Source of the DNA: Mytilus californianus
Taxonomy: Eukaryota
DNA length: 64,000 nt
Reading direction: 5' to 3'
Assembly: GCF_021869535.1 (NCBI RefSeq)
Contig: NW_026262745.1
Coordinates: 58,528,001-58,592,000, forward strand
Part shown: piece after piece, positions 38,388 to 52,790 of the stretch
Position numbering within the stretch: position 1 is the stretch's first letter
Layout of the letters: the number at the start of each line of letters is the position of its first letter
Notes under the pieces: generated by a model
Told to the model about the DNA's origin: nothing
Seen by the model: only the letters and a program-made list of their open reading frames with translations
Database searches by the model: none
Translations under genes and position numbers: made by a program

Positions 38388-39940
38388 GGTTCAAGATCAG
38401 TAAAGATAGTAAAACCAAAACTTATTACGAATTTGTAGATTTTGGTGATAATGTACTTACGAAAGATTCGTGTCTAAGTGTGGGAAAAACCATATGCTGG
38501 AATGCCTTTATCTTAGGATGTTTGCCAAATGCTTAATATTAACCTTTAGATAAAGGTCTATGGTTACATGTGTAATTTGAATGAATTCTAAACTTTTATT
38601 CACATTTCGCGTCATACACGGAAATTTCTGAATTTCCGTACCGTACTCGAAATAATTATCCTTGTGTTTAATGTTTTTCTGTTACAGTATTGATATACAA
38701 TCTAGACATAAACACAAAATACTAAAAATGGTATATAAATGAATACCACATTGTTACATTTACACTAATACTAAATGTCTGTTGTATTGTTGAAATCCGA
38801 CATTACTAAAGGCCTTCACATTTTGATTTTCAAACTAGCATTAAATTAAAATAAAGAAAAGTATCAAGGAATTATCCTTATGCGTCTTGCTTTAGTGATT
38901 TTTTGTTAGCTGTGAATTTTAAAATAGCTGGGAGAAAATGCTTTATTTATAAGACGTTATTGGTTTTGAACTAGCTTTCAGTAACTGCGATTGTTTCTTT
39001 TTTTTCTTTATGTTAGTTGGGTTTTTTGGGGTTTTTTTTTTTTTTGTTCTTTTTGTGTCGATCTGATGAGTTAGGCCATTTCCAACTGATCTTACAGCTT
39101 TTATATTGTGCTTTGCACCACTGTTCTAGGAAAGATGAAGCGTTAGCACTTCAAAATATGTTTAACCCCGCCTTATTTCTATATGTCACTGACAAGTTTC
39201 ATTGTAATCAGGTATCTTTTACTGAGTGCAGATGTGTTTCGGAAGCAGAGTGTATGTAAGAAAAGGATCGAGAGTATAAGCGTACGAGCGTAAGCACAGA
39301 CGGACGGACGGACAAAAAGATCACTAAAAATCCTACTTTACTATGCGGCAAGTGTTTTAACAATAACATATACAAAGAGTACAGTTATAAAGTACATGCA
39401 TATTAAAAACGCTTTTTTCCCTTCAATTCTAGTCACTGCCTTAACAAAGGATCAGTAAATTGAACAGTGCAACATGCTTTAGTCATATACATCAAATTTG
39501 AGATTGTTATCTTTAAAAACGGATGCGAAATTATATCGACCTATGATAGCTAAACAGAGTGCATGTCAATGAGGCAGCAACCCAAGGAAAAAAAACCCTC
39601 AATAAACATCTAGATGTGAACATTAGGTCTTAAACAATAGAAAGTTGTCAATGCAATATGTAATGCACTAATTGGACCAGATTTATTATCTATCTCTTTC
39701 TGGTCTCTAGATAAATACTGTATAATATATTTTATATATTATTTATATGGAATGTAATTAGTTTCACTATTTAATAGAAATTTTCTTCATTTCACGTTTT
39801 ATGTGCACCTACATCGGTTTATATTCCTATATCAGACCAGGTTTGCACGGTTCGTCTTTTTAGTAAAATTTTGCAATACTTTCCATTTATTGCTTCAAGT
39901 TTATGGGCACTTAAAACATTTGAAGAATTATATAGTGAAC

Positions 39941-40308
39941 TACGGAAGCCTTTTAGGGCCATGCCAATTTACTTTTTACAATTTGTTATAACAGATTATT
40001 AATTTGATATCAAATAAATGCTTCAATAAATCATATGAATTATTTGTTATATCAAATTATTAATTTGTTATATCAAATTATCACAATTTGTTATATCAAA
40101 TTGATAATTTGTTATATCAAATTGATAATTTGTATATCAAATTGATAATTTGTTATATCAAATTGATAATTGGTTATATCAAATTGATAATTGGTTATAT
40201 CAAATTGATAATCTGTTATTTCAAATTAATAATCTGTTATATCACATTAATAATCTGTTATAACAAATTGTAAAAAGTAAATTGGCATGGCCCTAAAAGG
40301 CTTCCGTA
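39941..40308. mobile_element. IS3EU-like MITE with internal ~21-bp tandem array
   Basis: Long TIRs TACGGAAGCCTTTTAGGGCCATGCCAATTTACTTTTTACAATTTGTTATAACAGATTATT.. with a mirror copy at the right end. 6-bp TSD GTGAAC (39935-39940, 40309-40314). Internal TTGTTATATCAAATTGATAAT repeats. Confidence 0.85.
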
Positions 40309-40667
40309 GTGAACACTTTTGTATAGAAGAGTCATGTCATGACTTGAATTGACACTAAGGACTGAGTTAAAAAAAAATCGCACATAAGCAATTTTCTTCA
40401 TATTTTTTTTATCATTATTTAAAAAATTCTAATAATGAACCTTTTAGGTCTTGAAATTAAAATAAAGAACCAATTATTTTCTGAAAACCTCACATATATC
40501 ATGGAAACGTAGACTGCTAGTACAGTGACTTGTCATTGAAATATCCTGTTTTAGAAAATGATTCACATTCAGTTGCTGAAATTAATGCTGGTAAAGACTA
40601 AAAAATGAAATGGTTCAATGTTCTCAAGAACAGAACAATAATATATAATATATTCCCAATACTCAAT

Positions 40668-40860
40668 TGTGAGTTCGAACCCCGCACGTGGCAGGTGCGC
40701 TCGACTCTAATCTTAATTCACGAGGGTTGCCAGTTTTACTGCGGAAGGTCTATGGTTCTCTCCGGGAACTCCTGCTTCCTCCATCAATACAGAATGGCCG
40801 CCACGAAATAGCCAATAGTATATAATGAGGCGCTAAACACCTTAAACCAATCAACCAATC
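40668..40860 (+). mobile_element. tRNA-derived SINE with (AATC)n-like tail
   Basis: B-box GAGTTCGAACCC, a body shared with 4-200 and 56092-56220, and a 3' GGCGCTAAACACC..AACCAATCAACCAATC tail. Confidence 0.7.
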
Positions 40861-41157
40861 CTATTACTGTCTCTAATAATCATTTTTGTAGATTTATGCA
40901 ATTTGTCAATTACAGATTGTGTTTCTGGATGGCTATTCAGCTTCTTATACGGCTGAAACTAAAGCTATGAAAGCAAGAAAAGATTTAATAATTTAAGTTT
41001 TGTATTTTAAACTATTTTGGAAACAGGATATGCCAGAACAGCCAAAAGCACAATAAACATTAACAAACACTAAGAGGTCAACCGACGGTCTCTATTTATA
41101 GACAAGTGTACATACCATATTCCTTGCTCTAAATCAATTCTGAACAGGAAGTACAAA

Positions 41158-41499
41158 TTTCATATTACCGACTTTTGACTCTGGAGTATATAATATTTTT
41201 CCACATTACCTACTCTGTGGTACGACATTCTGGTACAGTGGCAAGTAAAAGAAACTAAAAATATAGTCAAATCAAAATTACAATTAGTGCAATTTGGGGA
41301 AAACCTAATTGTTTTATGTTATATATACACAACAAAATCATCAGAAAACAGTTAATTTTCCCCCAAAGTGCAACGATTGTAAGTTTGAATTTACTATTCT
41401 TAGATGCTCTTACTTTACCGAGTACCAGAATGTCATACCTCAGAGAAGGTAACCTGTAGCAAATTATATACTCCGGAGTCATAAGTAGGTAATATGAAA
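41158..41499. mobile_element. Foldback/MITE with ~80-bp imperfect terminal inverted repeats
   Basis: TTTCATATTACCGACTTTTGACTCTGGAGTATATAAT..GACATTCTGGTAC is mirrored by GTACCAGAATGTC..ATTATATACTCCGGAGTCATAAGTAGGTAATATGAAA. Confidence 0.65.
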
Positions 41500-42449
41500 A
41501 TACATATAGTCTAATCATGTCAATGTGTAGACAAAACGATCTTCAAAGTTCCTGGCATTGAGCACGCACCTGGGCATGTTTCGTAGTCAAGGCATTGAAG
41601 TACTCAAACCTCTCTATTTCGAACTTATAGGAAAAGAAAAGGAACTCAGACGAAAGTACAAGAAAACCTAGCCCCTAAAAAGCACATGTTAAAATAACTT
41701 TATAAAATTGTAATTACCAACCACAAAATTCTAAGTACAGTTAAAACAATTGATAAAACGAAACCACCACAAGTATTCACTGTGAGCCTTGGCTTGCACT
41801 TGTCGTGTCTGCTTGAGAACCGAGTCGGACGATGACATTTATATGGCACTTTCGTGTTCTTCGGGTGTTTATTTGGCACCAGTCGGCAAATGCAACATGT
41901 CTTAGGGAAAAAATTATCATTATAACCGAACATTGCAGATCGTTTAATAGTTTAAACTTTCGTCCTAACCAACCAAGGTTAGAATTCAGGATTTCATGTG
42001 ATGGGTGGTTTGAGTGTGTTAGAAAACAAAACGTATTTACGAAGACAGTTACAGGTTTTACACATTTTTGCCCATTCGATGGGCGAGCATTGTTTGAACC
42101 CCACTTTCAATCCGCTCTTGCAATTAATTTTTAGTGTAATGTTTTATGAACTATAAATGTTTGTCTATTCGTCTTTTTTTATTCTTTGGTTTATTCCCCC
42201 TTACTATCTTCCTTTTACCACCAGAACATTGAATATACGATAAGAACATTTTGCTCCACAATGAAAGGTCTATTCAGGTTGTAGAAGGAGCAAGAACACT
42301 AAAGATAAACATTTTAAAATATAACTTCCGTGTAAATCTAGTTGAATCTTTTCCATTAAAACATTTCTGTTCTTCTTTGTTTTTCTCTTGAGAGTTCTTT
42401 GTTTTTCTAACTTGACGGAATGATATAGTAACAGTCTTTATAGTAATTG

Positions 42450-43075
42450 TTGTGGTAGTTAATTAATATAAACAGTATGTACAAGCGTATTTGCATTTGT
42501 GCACACCAAAGAAAATAACACCTTATAAATTTGACAGTCCTAATTGTTTTTGGAGGAGATTTTATGCTAAAACATTTTTCGTTTTGGTAGTCACAGTAGA
42601 TGCATCATTTCCTTATTACATGTACTTATCATACGGTTGTGAAATGTAATTGCTTAGTAGGAACACAAATTTCCATATACACCGAGTGCATGTAAGGTTT
42701 TATGTTGCCTAATCATTGATTTTGTTATTTTCGTCTCCTTCTTCTTTCGTTTATCAACATATGAAAATGTGATGGCATCATGTGCAAGTGCTGTACAATG
42801 AAAAATAGAAAATTCTATGCACACTTAAAAATTTGAAAATAAATGTGACAGGTGCAGGATGAAGAAATTGATGATACTCTACAGAAGTATTGTTTCCCTG
42901 GTCTCAGGATGGAAAGAAACTCTTCATAGATACCAGGATAAAATTGTAAGCGTCAGACGCGCGTTTATTACAAAAGACGCATCAGTGACGCTCGAAGCAA
43001 AACAGTTAAAAAGGCTAGGTAAAATACGAAGCTGACGAGCACTGATGATGGAAGTAGGACCAGAGGTTTTCATTA
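42450..43075 (-). pseudogene. Possible decayed class A GPCR relic
   Basis: The minus strand gives SDAYNFILVSM (AYNFILVSM at 42951-42925), then after a frameshift EFLSILRPGKQY (TM3/DRY-like). Further downstream are KRKKKETKITKSMI (42746-42711, TM6-start-like), ICVPT and LVCTNANTLVHTVY. There are multiple stops and the motif spacing is shorter than in an intact receptor. Confidence 0.3.
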
Positions 43076-43613
43076 AAGGTGTCGAAGTCAGTGTTAGTTG
43101 CGATGTGTTCTGGAAGTAGGTTCCAGTCTCGAATTTTTCATATCGGTGTTCGTATTCAGAGGTGTTGAATTGAGGTTGCATGATACCCACTGAGCGACTA
43201 TGTAGTTTAATTTGTATATTGTGAACCAAAAAGCACAGTATACTGTGGAATTTCGGTGCCTACTTGTTCACAATGTCACGACATTTGAGATCTTTAATTT
43301 CAATTTATTCGTTTGTAATGTAATGTGTTGTTAGGTTGCTGTCTCGTAGGCGTATATCGTACATCTTTGTGTCTTCTTGGTATAAGGTTTTATACTTCCG
43401 ATAGAAATTTGCTTCGGTGTTGGATTGACTTTGTTATTTTTTTCTTCTAGAGTGTATTAAGCTTAATAAAAATTGGCACCAAACCTTTGAAACTATAAAA
43501 AGTATCGTATGTAAAATGAAAAAAAAAGGAAATTCACATGTTCCAAAATCATTTTTATTTCCAATGGCATACACAATAAAGTTAATAGTAACAATCACCA
43601 ACATCAAAAAGAC

Positions 43614-46600
43614 CTAACCAACGATCTGTGAATAGTTTGTATTTTTGTTTGATCCATATGGCTCATTGAAGTGTATGACATCAAACAAATTTGCCGGTGT
43701 TAGCAATTTGGTCAGTTTATGTACAACACCATTTGTAGCATGGCTATCTTTCTCCTGTACCACAGCTCCATTGGCATAAATCTTGTCTCCTACAAAACAT
43801 AAAGTACATATAAGTTTAAACAAGCCAATCAGTCTGATCCGTCAATGACCTATCCCGCCTCCTAATGCAAATCAGTCCTATATGTCGGGAATCTGAGCTG
43901 ATTTATTATCTCCCCTTATTTTCACCTAGCGTTAGTTGACACCTCTAAATCACAAAAAAAATCTTAATAGTTTCATGTTGCACGCGATTGGAAATTAAAG
44001 TATGATACCGATTTGAGTAAGCGCACTGCATATGTTTCTATAGTGCCAGGTACATCGTCGCTACGCGTCGCCAGGTAAACTAAATTTGCGACAGTAAAAC
44101 TACCGATGGACGTCCGAAAAGCTTCAAATACAATACAGTTATCTCTAAAGTAGCAAACCTTAGAACAGATTGAAATTCAAAACATCATGAACAGCCCAAA
44201 CATATGTCATTGTGTAGTGCGATTATGCTTAACATTTATAATAATGTAAGACAGTTCGAATAAAAAAAAACGAAAAACTCAAATTATGTCATGTCGGGGC
44301 CTTTTATAGCTGACCATATATGAATTTTGATTATTGTTGAAGGCCAAAAGGTGACCTAAAAATTGCTTAATCCACGTTATTTCAACTATGTTGGATAGTT
44401 GTCTCATTTGCAATCATACCAAATATCCTTATTTTGTAATGAACATATGCGTGTTTTGGGAGGCGGCTTTCGTGGTATGGAGCTTGCGCCCTACTGTATT
44501 GAACATAGTTTGTGTCTTATTCTTATATATACCTACCCATAATAGTTGAAGTCAACTTTAAAGGACTTCGTCGATATAATGAAGGATAACTTTGATCTTG
44601 TACTCCCACTGAGTATATAGTTCCTCGTATCACGTGATATTCCAATACTTCTGCAAAAGAGAGACAACGAACTCTTCATACCCATTCTCTAAACTACACA
44701 CATGTAACTCGTAATTGCTATCATGCAATTTTCACATATAACAATTATTATATACTTTTTGTAATACTGTTTCTTTCTATATGTCCAGGGTTAAAAGTGG
44801 AAAACTAATTAAATGCTAGTATAAAATACCAATTAAAACAATGTACAATCTCGTTTTCATTACATAAATTTGGGAAACAAATCTTAACCAAAAATTTGCG
44901 CCATATAAAAAAAAAAGACACCGACTGACGGTTTCGATCAGCTTGCTTTCTGAATAAAGAAAATTATAATCATTTGAACTTTTCACTTCTATACATTCGG
45001 AGTTTAGTGTGACGTCCATTTTCGCTGAACTAGTATACATTATTGTTTAAGGGGCCAGCTGAAGCCCGCCTCCTGGTGCGGGATTTTCTCGCTGTGTTGA
45101 AGACCCATTGGTGGCCTTGGGCTGTTTTCTGCTCTTTGGTCAGTTGTTGTCTCTTTGACGCAATCCCTGTTTCCATTCTCAATTGTATTGAACTCAATGG
45201 AATAATAATTTAACGACTATTCATTTTAAAACATTGAAGAAATTTAAACTGCTAATGTTTTAATCACTTATTAAAGGAGTACATGCGTTAAGGGTACTCA
45301 ATAACTGTTTAAAACAGCAGTGAGCTTTTAATAGGCAGTTGCATCCATGTTGTTTAAGCATTCGTCTGTAACAGAATCAAAATAATCTGTGTTCCTTAAA
45401 AGCTTAGAATAAATTTATGTAAATATGTTGCCACAAGCGTTCCAAGGATGGTAGGAATTATTTCTCTTAATCTAGGTCCGTCTCCCCTTCAATATCCTGC
45501 TATGGTGATTAAAAAGTGACTCAATATACCTGTGAGAATGTTATAATAGATTACCTTTCTTAAACTCAACGCTTCTCTGATTAGTAGCTTTTTAAGCTCC
45601 AGCCGTTCAGAGTTATGTAATCATTTAATAATACTTACTTCGTAGATTTGTCACGTTTCTTTGAAGTTTTTGCCATTCATCGACTCCAAATCTAACAAAC
45701 GCTGTATTTTCTGGTGCAAATACGGTAAATGGTCCCCCTGAAATACAAACTCTTCTTTAGTTTGGTTATCATTAACACTTTTATACCTTTAATTTACCTA
45801 CATATTTTTTTATCCAGTTAACATTGTTACTCGTTTAGAACTATTAGCAACAATATGGTAATCTTGTCCGACCAATTTCAAACCATTATGATGCCACGAA
45901 AATCGAAATTCAACTATAAAGGTTGCAATTTTCTCAGGCACCTGACATTTTTGGTCATAAAATTCTGATTTGTTTCAGGTATGTGTTTTTTAAATAGTCG
46001 GACCGAGTGTATCTAGCACAAGAAACAATTGTTGTTTGCACTCCCTGCTTTCAAACGGACTTCTAAACCAAAGTTTCCAAATAAATTGATATTTATTTTT
46101 TCAAAATTTTTACAACTTCCCGTATCTCGGTGCACTAGATTAACACGTATTTGTTAAATTTATGGTTTAGGTTTAAGTTTTAGTCTATTTGTTAAAGCAC
46201 CCTAGTCACTTTCATTGTATTTGATAATGGATGCTTCCTTTCAATGTTCTTACACTGGTGTTTGGCCTATGGTTGACCGTTTATCAAAACCACACAAGAA
46301 CAGCAATAAAAGAATCTTTAATAATGGATACTGCAAGGTACAAGCCTCGAAGCATTTGAGTTGTGCCCATTGTGATACATAAACATTCTGATTTGCCTGT
46401 TTCAAAATGTTTATTGATATTAGAATACATATTTTGATATATTAATTCATACCATCTTGCATGATCTTTATCATGCCTGTTATTTGTAATGCATGAACAA
46501 ATGTAGTATAGTCAGGGTCATTATATAGGACGTCCATAATGTTTCCAATTGGCGGGAAAAAGGCATCATGAACAACATGAATAATGCCGTTCTTTGTTAG

Positions 46601-49600
46601 CATATTTTTAGCCATTATTCTTGATCCCTGTATTAAAAGTGTCTGTAATAGAAGAAACAGAAATAGCCACATCATTTTTTGTACACACGTAGAAAGAATT
46701 CCAGGACCTGTATCTGCCATCAGAAATATTTTGAAAAATAAAGGCAAAATGTATTTCAACCCCATTGTTCTGTTTAATGGCATGTATAGGTCTTTCTAAG
46801 TACTATCAGCTTGATATTATACACATATTGTCATTTTGTTGATACTGTTTTGATAAATGAATATCCAAAGGATAATGATCGATTATGTATTGTGTACATG
46901 CGCTTTAATAAATATTAAACTGTTAATTTTATTCTATGATCTGTTTAAGTGTGAAAATGCCTCCAATGAAAAAAATATCTGAATATAAACGAAAAATGGT
47001 GTACACAACACACAGTTTCTTGTTGTTTCAGCGTAGTAACATTTGAAGGAAAGTATATCGAATTAATTATGTGATTGTATTCATTGATTTTACATAACAG
47101 CAATGTCAGAAACATATGCAGGATTTATATCAAATTTTCAATATACAAGTACTAATTAAACATCACAAAGACTCACGTCGCCATTCCTGTAATAGTTTAC
47201 ACGGATTCGTTGTGGGTGCAGAGTCCATAATGTCATTTCATTAACATGTAGTTCGTCGTACGTGTACACGTGTCGCACGGTGTGGAATTTGATGAAATCC
47301 GCCATTGCCTTGGTGTCATTTCTGAACTTTTTGTTGAATGTATCACCGAGTCGTTCAAATGCTAACCGGTCCGGACTGAAGAAGGTAAATGGACCTGTCA
47401 ATACATTTGAAAGGGATTAAAGATTACCATGATAGTCACACGGTTGGTGCGAGTTTAATTCCATATAAATTTATGATGGAATTCATGTTCAAATTGAGAA
47501 AAATAATGATAGCAACGAAACATTTTAAAAACACACATCTAGATGTAGTCGGAACAGTTGCCGGAAATTACTATAAAAATAAGGTAAAGCACCGATAAAT
47601 TGTCAAGAAGAACACTAACCCCTTATTCAAATTCAAAGAGAGGCGAAAGGTACCAAAGGGGTATTCAAACTTATAAGTTGAAAACAAACTGACAACGCCA
47701 TGGCAAAGTTATGAACATAAAATTAATGAGGATTAAGTATGATTTATAGTTATTTCCTTTTATATCAGATGTGGTATGATTGTCGATGAGACAATATGTC
47801 AGATGTTACTTTACTTTATTGTTTATAGTAATTTTAATTAAGCCCATTTGTACATAGCACATAAGTTCCGGGGAGTTTTAACACTCCTACCTTACTCGGC
47901 GTATTCGGAAAAAGAAGAAGAGACAACTAAATGACCTGGATTTAAAAATCACCAGATCAACGTACGACTTTCAACAATGAAAGAATCCAATACAATAAAG
48001 TCAGCTATAATTGTGGACACCACCACGAAAGAAAAATGTAGGAAGACAAACAAAAATGAAACTGGGAAACACATGGTCGACAAACCTTGTTCTATACATA
48101 TGTAATATGAACATTTACCTAGACAGGAGAACCAGCCTACAACACAGTGTGGAAATTAGCTGAACACATTTTAATCGACCGGAATTAAATATCCTCAAAC
48201 TGGTACCTGTAATCACATTGTTTACATCATTTGGATGGAATTGTTAACGAATTAAAATGATGATAAGACAGAAAGATCGAAAGCAGTGATCATTTTGACG
48301 TTTCAGAATTTAAAGGATTGTGTGGAATTTCACTGTTCGTACCCAAAATGAATATTACGTCACGTGATTGGGAGAATTTCCATTGTTTTAGGATGTTGTA
48401 AGCTAATCACAACCTTTTGATTTACGCTTTTAAAAAATATTACCCAGAACGCATTAGATTCTGAAAAGACGTATTGTGATGTAAAGGAGTCAGTTTTGGA
48501 TTGGTGACAGATAAAAAGGGATAAGAAACTGAACATGCTTTGTCAAAAATGCGGACGAAATGAATCAAGGAAACGAGACAGTTGAAAAAAGACGCAGTCG
48601 AACGTCAAATACTTTATCTAAAGTTCAAGACGGGTGTTGCCAGTGAAGATGGAACTGATTGTCCTTCCAGAACACCTTATGAATTAAAAGATGTATGATT
48701 ACTAATGAGACATGTTCCACCAGAGACCAAATGACGTAGAAGTCAGTGTGTTTAGAATATCTCCGGTTTTTGTAGGGTTCGTGTTGCACAATCTTTTCTG
48801 TGTAGTACTTTGTTAACTGTGATTTGTATGTATGACTTTTTCTCTTTTCGTCATGGTTTCCAGGGGCGGATCCATGATTTTTGGAAGCGGGCGTAATCCA
48901 ATAAAACAAGAAATATTGACGAGCGTAGATACAATAAAGAGTTTAAAAACATTTTGGACTATGTAATGCTAAAAATTGATATATTTTCCATTCAAAAGGG
49001 GAGCATACGCATTCTACCCCCCTTTGAATCCGCCACTGCTGTTGTTGTCTGTTATCGACTTAGGTTTTTTTTATTTCCCTTGGCTGTCCTATAATATAAA
49101 CTTGTTTGAAAAAGATTATTCTATTGTTTGATCTTGACAACTATCTATTCCGGACCATTATTGGTATAAATTTTTAGTACTTGTTGAACTTTTTCTGTTC
49201 TTGAACTTATTGGTGGCGTTATACAATCTTGCTACGTCAGAGATATTTCGGGCTTTAACACGAAACTTAGTACATGTGTTACGTATCTCCTTATTTTTAT
49301 GTTTGGTAATTGTGATTGAAATCAATTACTGTCTATTATATAAAATATTGACGTCACAAGTCAACATGACATTTCAAAATTTGATTGTGTTATCTAACAG
49401 CGTAATAAAATGCAATTCGCAATTTTGGAAATAAGCATGTCTGTAGAGGTCAACACCTACATTTATGACATAAGTTATATATATCTTTAACCTTCAAAAA
49501 TTGAAATTATACATTCTACTAGATGAGATGCTATGACAGAAATAATTAGGATGACAATACTAAAAAATTGAAACAAAGGCTTCAAATATGCCAGAACCTT

Positions 49601-50063
49601 CAGAAACAGGTGATGCTCTGATTTTGCTTTGTGATTTTAAAACATCCTTTAACTGCAGTTCCCCGTTTTAGAATCTAATGAATTATAGATTTTTTTTCCT
49701 CAATCGTACACCAAAACGTTGTGATTAGCTCACAACGTCCTAAACAATAGGAATTCAACCAATGGCGTGACGTAATTTTCATTTTGAGGTACAAACAATG
49801 AAATTACCCATAATCCTTTAGATTCTGAAACGGCGAATTAAATGTCATTAAGAAAATGAATAGTACTGAAACATACCACCGACTTCAAGGATTTCAATAA
49901 TTCCAGAATTCTTCAGGACGTCAAGAGTTGTCGCGGTATATTGGCTCACATTAAGTCCTTGTACTAAATTAGAGAAAACAAATCCGCCACCATCTTGGAT
50001 GGTATCATCAGCAGCTAAAGAAACGAAAATTACAAAAATAATTAATAGACCACTAGCAGCCAT
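43614..50063 (-). CDS. Secreted two-FAS1 domain protein, paralog C (327 aa, divergent)
   Basis: Minus-strand exons 50063-49877, 47394-47177, 46642-46453, 45737-45639, 44650-44537, 43789-43614 (984 nt, phases 1,0,1,1,1). Signal peptide MAASGLLIIFVIFVSLAA. Motifs GPFTFFSPDRLAF, FIKFHTV, KNGIIHVVHDAFFPP, GPFTVFAPENTAF, VLEYHVIRG and TNGVVHKLTKLLTP. A minus-strand AATAAA lies about 55 nt after the stop. Confidence 0.9.
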
Positions 50064-52790
50064 TTGTACAGCATGAATTATAATAAATGTACGTTAGTAA
50101 CCCCTTGACCACACTAGGCGCCAAACCAAACTGATAAGATATAATACATGGACTTTTATTTAATATTAACAATCTGTCCTTTTAATAATAATATTTAACA
50201 TCTGTAGTTTTTCTAAAGAGATTTGTAATGGTAGGGATATTGATAAGCGAGTTGCCATCAAATTTGAAGGCCGTCCGGTTGAATATTATTGCTTACATCC
50301 ACTTCATTTGAACTTTGGTGAATAGTTGTCTCATTGGCAATCATACCACACCTACTTATTTTTAGTTTGTAAACATTAGATGTGATAAGAAAAAGTAGTC
50401 GACCATGTATTTTTGTCAAACATATCTTTATTTAATTGATTGTATATCAAAATATCGAACCAGAAAAACGACACAAAGAACATGAAAACTCAAGAAAAGT
50501 TTAGACGTTTTTGGGTCTAATATCTATAAGTTCGTTGATTTTTGTTGTGTTTTGTGTTTTTGTTTTGTTGTTGTTGCTTTTATACATTATAACAGCAAAC
50601 TGAGTTCTTGGATGAAAACATGTTCGTTCTCAAGCCGAGGACAAACAAACGTACCTTCATATATAAACATTTAGAATTAAAAAATGTCTTATTTAAAATG
50701 CATTTGATTCCCACCTGAATTATTTATTTTGCAAATGTACAGAATACTTAAGCTTTGTCTATCTCAAAACGGCACACGGGTCTATTTTTTTATTTTTTGA
50801 AGGATTGAAATTTATGTACAGCAATTCGCAGAAGACGTCACTTTCGATTTTATATTATCGACAGCGGGATTGTTTATATTGTATCCCTTTCAAAAGACAG
50901 GCGGAAGATACCAGAGTGACAATCAAACTCAGATGTCGATAACAAACTGACAACGTCATGGCAAAAAAAAACCAAAAAGCGACCAAAAGATAGTATACAA
51001 AACTCAACATGAAAAAAACTAAAGACTGAGCAACACGAACCCCATCAAATCCGGGAAGGTTTCTGGTTCTCCAAACAGGTAAAAAGATCCTTCCACTCAT
51101 GTGGCACCAGTCGTGATTTTAATACTAGTATAAGTACAAACTCGATGATAAGTCTTATTTGGTGATGTAAATTATGGTTTATAGTCTGGAACAGTATGAG
51201 TACTTTTCTATTCAATTTGTCATATGTTATGCAAACCTTTTCTATCAATTTCTTATATTTTTCTAAAGAAAGTGTTTAGCAATGATATAATGTAGGCTGG
51301 TTCTCATCCTTGCAACATACGGATTCATGTAACTGAATCACCCTTGTTGTCAGGTCAGAGACAAACAGACACAGGCCAGTGACACAGTCTCTGATTTAAT
51401 TTAACGTTCTAAGTAGAGTATCAATCAGTCTAACAAATAGATGTTGAATTATTGGAAATTTCAAAGAAATTATTATTCAATTTTCAAAGTTAACGTATAC
51501 TAGCTGTATAACGTCAGATCCTTTCGGGTCACAATGTAATTTTCACATGCTTGCTAAAGCAACGCGTAACAGTTAGTTCGCCTACCCTGAAGTAACATCA
51601 TGTAACAATTCGTTCACGTACCCTAGCAAATATCGCTAACAAAACCCCGATATCAAGTGTATGAGTGTTTAATTTACCAAAAAAGTGTAAAATGGTAACA
51701 GTTTTTTTTCCTGTGTAATAGCACACACTGGAGAAGAAAGATTTTCTAGTTCGAGTTCATTCTTTATTATGAAGTTCTGCAGTATACTTTGTTTCGTGTA
51801 AAGATAGACTTTAAATGAACGATTGCGAACGTGTATGCAGTCAATCATGTAACCCCTTAATGCTCTTCTAGGTAGAATCAAGAGTTTTAAGAAATTCAAC
51901 GTAAATCGAAAATATGAAGGCATAATTTGTCTAAGCCGAATTCAAGTTAAAATTCTTTATTGGTTATAAACATTGAGATACAACAGATCATATACATATT
52001 ATAGGAATACTAAAAAAAACACATACAGGCATATCAAAGAAAATGTATACGAACATTTCTTAGTATATTGTGCTTCAATAAATAAAATAGTTTAAAACAG
52101 GGACATATTGAATGTTTGCGAGTGTAACCCCCCCCCCCCCCCCCCCTCTAAAATCTTGGCATAACGATATAACACCATAATATTAAAACATACTGACTAT
52201 AAACATCAGTTTAAAAGAGTTTATCTCAACATATATACATACGTACAAAACACACACAAACAAAAAAACACCACCAAAAAGACAAAATAAAGACATAAAG
52301 TAATTGTCTCTGAATTTACTTGCAGTTACTGAAAGCTATTCAAGGCCAGTGACGTCTTATGAAAAGTATCATAGGGCTACATTAATCGTCGGCTCTTCTT
52401 AAAGTATTGTAAGTGATTAAATTAGGAAAAAGTTTTTGCACTTGGAGTATTCGGACTCAAAGTCAAGAGGTTATACATTATACGTTGGAAGCGTTTACTA
52501 TCCTGAAAGGTAACATGTTATTGATCGAGTTCAGGTAAAGATCTAGAAATTTAGAAGCGAGCGCGTTATAACAGGAAATGTTGGATGTATTGTCGAGCAT
52601 ATCGAGGCGAAATAGTTTTTGAAAGATTTTATGCTAAACAACGACATGTTTTCCACTCGAAGGGGGAATTACGCACTCTACGACCCTGAATCCGCCACTG
52701 TATCAAATGAGAGAAAACATTACAAAGTACTAGTAGCTAAAATATATTACTTTTACAACACTACATTTTTTTTAAGAAAGACAAATATAT

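Noticed and set aside
38500-38560. GATA-like sites upstream of genes B and C as a shared regulatory code
   Set aside because: AGATAA/TGATAA words are expected by chance in DNA this AT-rich, and enrichment cannot be shown by eye.
40088-40273. ORF YIKLII repeats
   Set aside because: It is the translation of the 21-bp array in the MITE.
42924-43229. 101-aa S/T-rich ORF with hydrophobic end as a GPI-anchor terminal exon of gene C
   Set aside because: Gene C has an in-frame TAG at 43614-43616 followed by AATAAA. The only phase-compatible acceptor (CGCTCAG) lacks a pyrimidine tract, and the ORF-track start is TTG. The region is better explained as a GPCR relic or non-coding DNA, though RNA-seq could revisit this.
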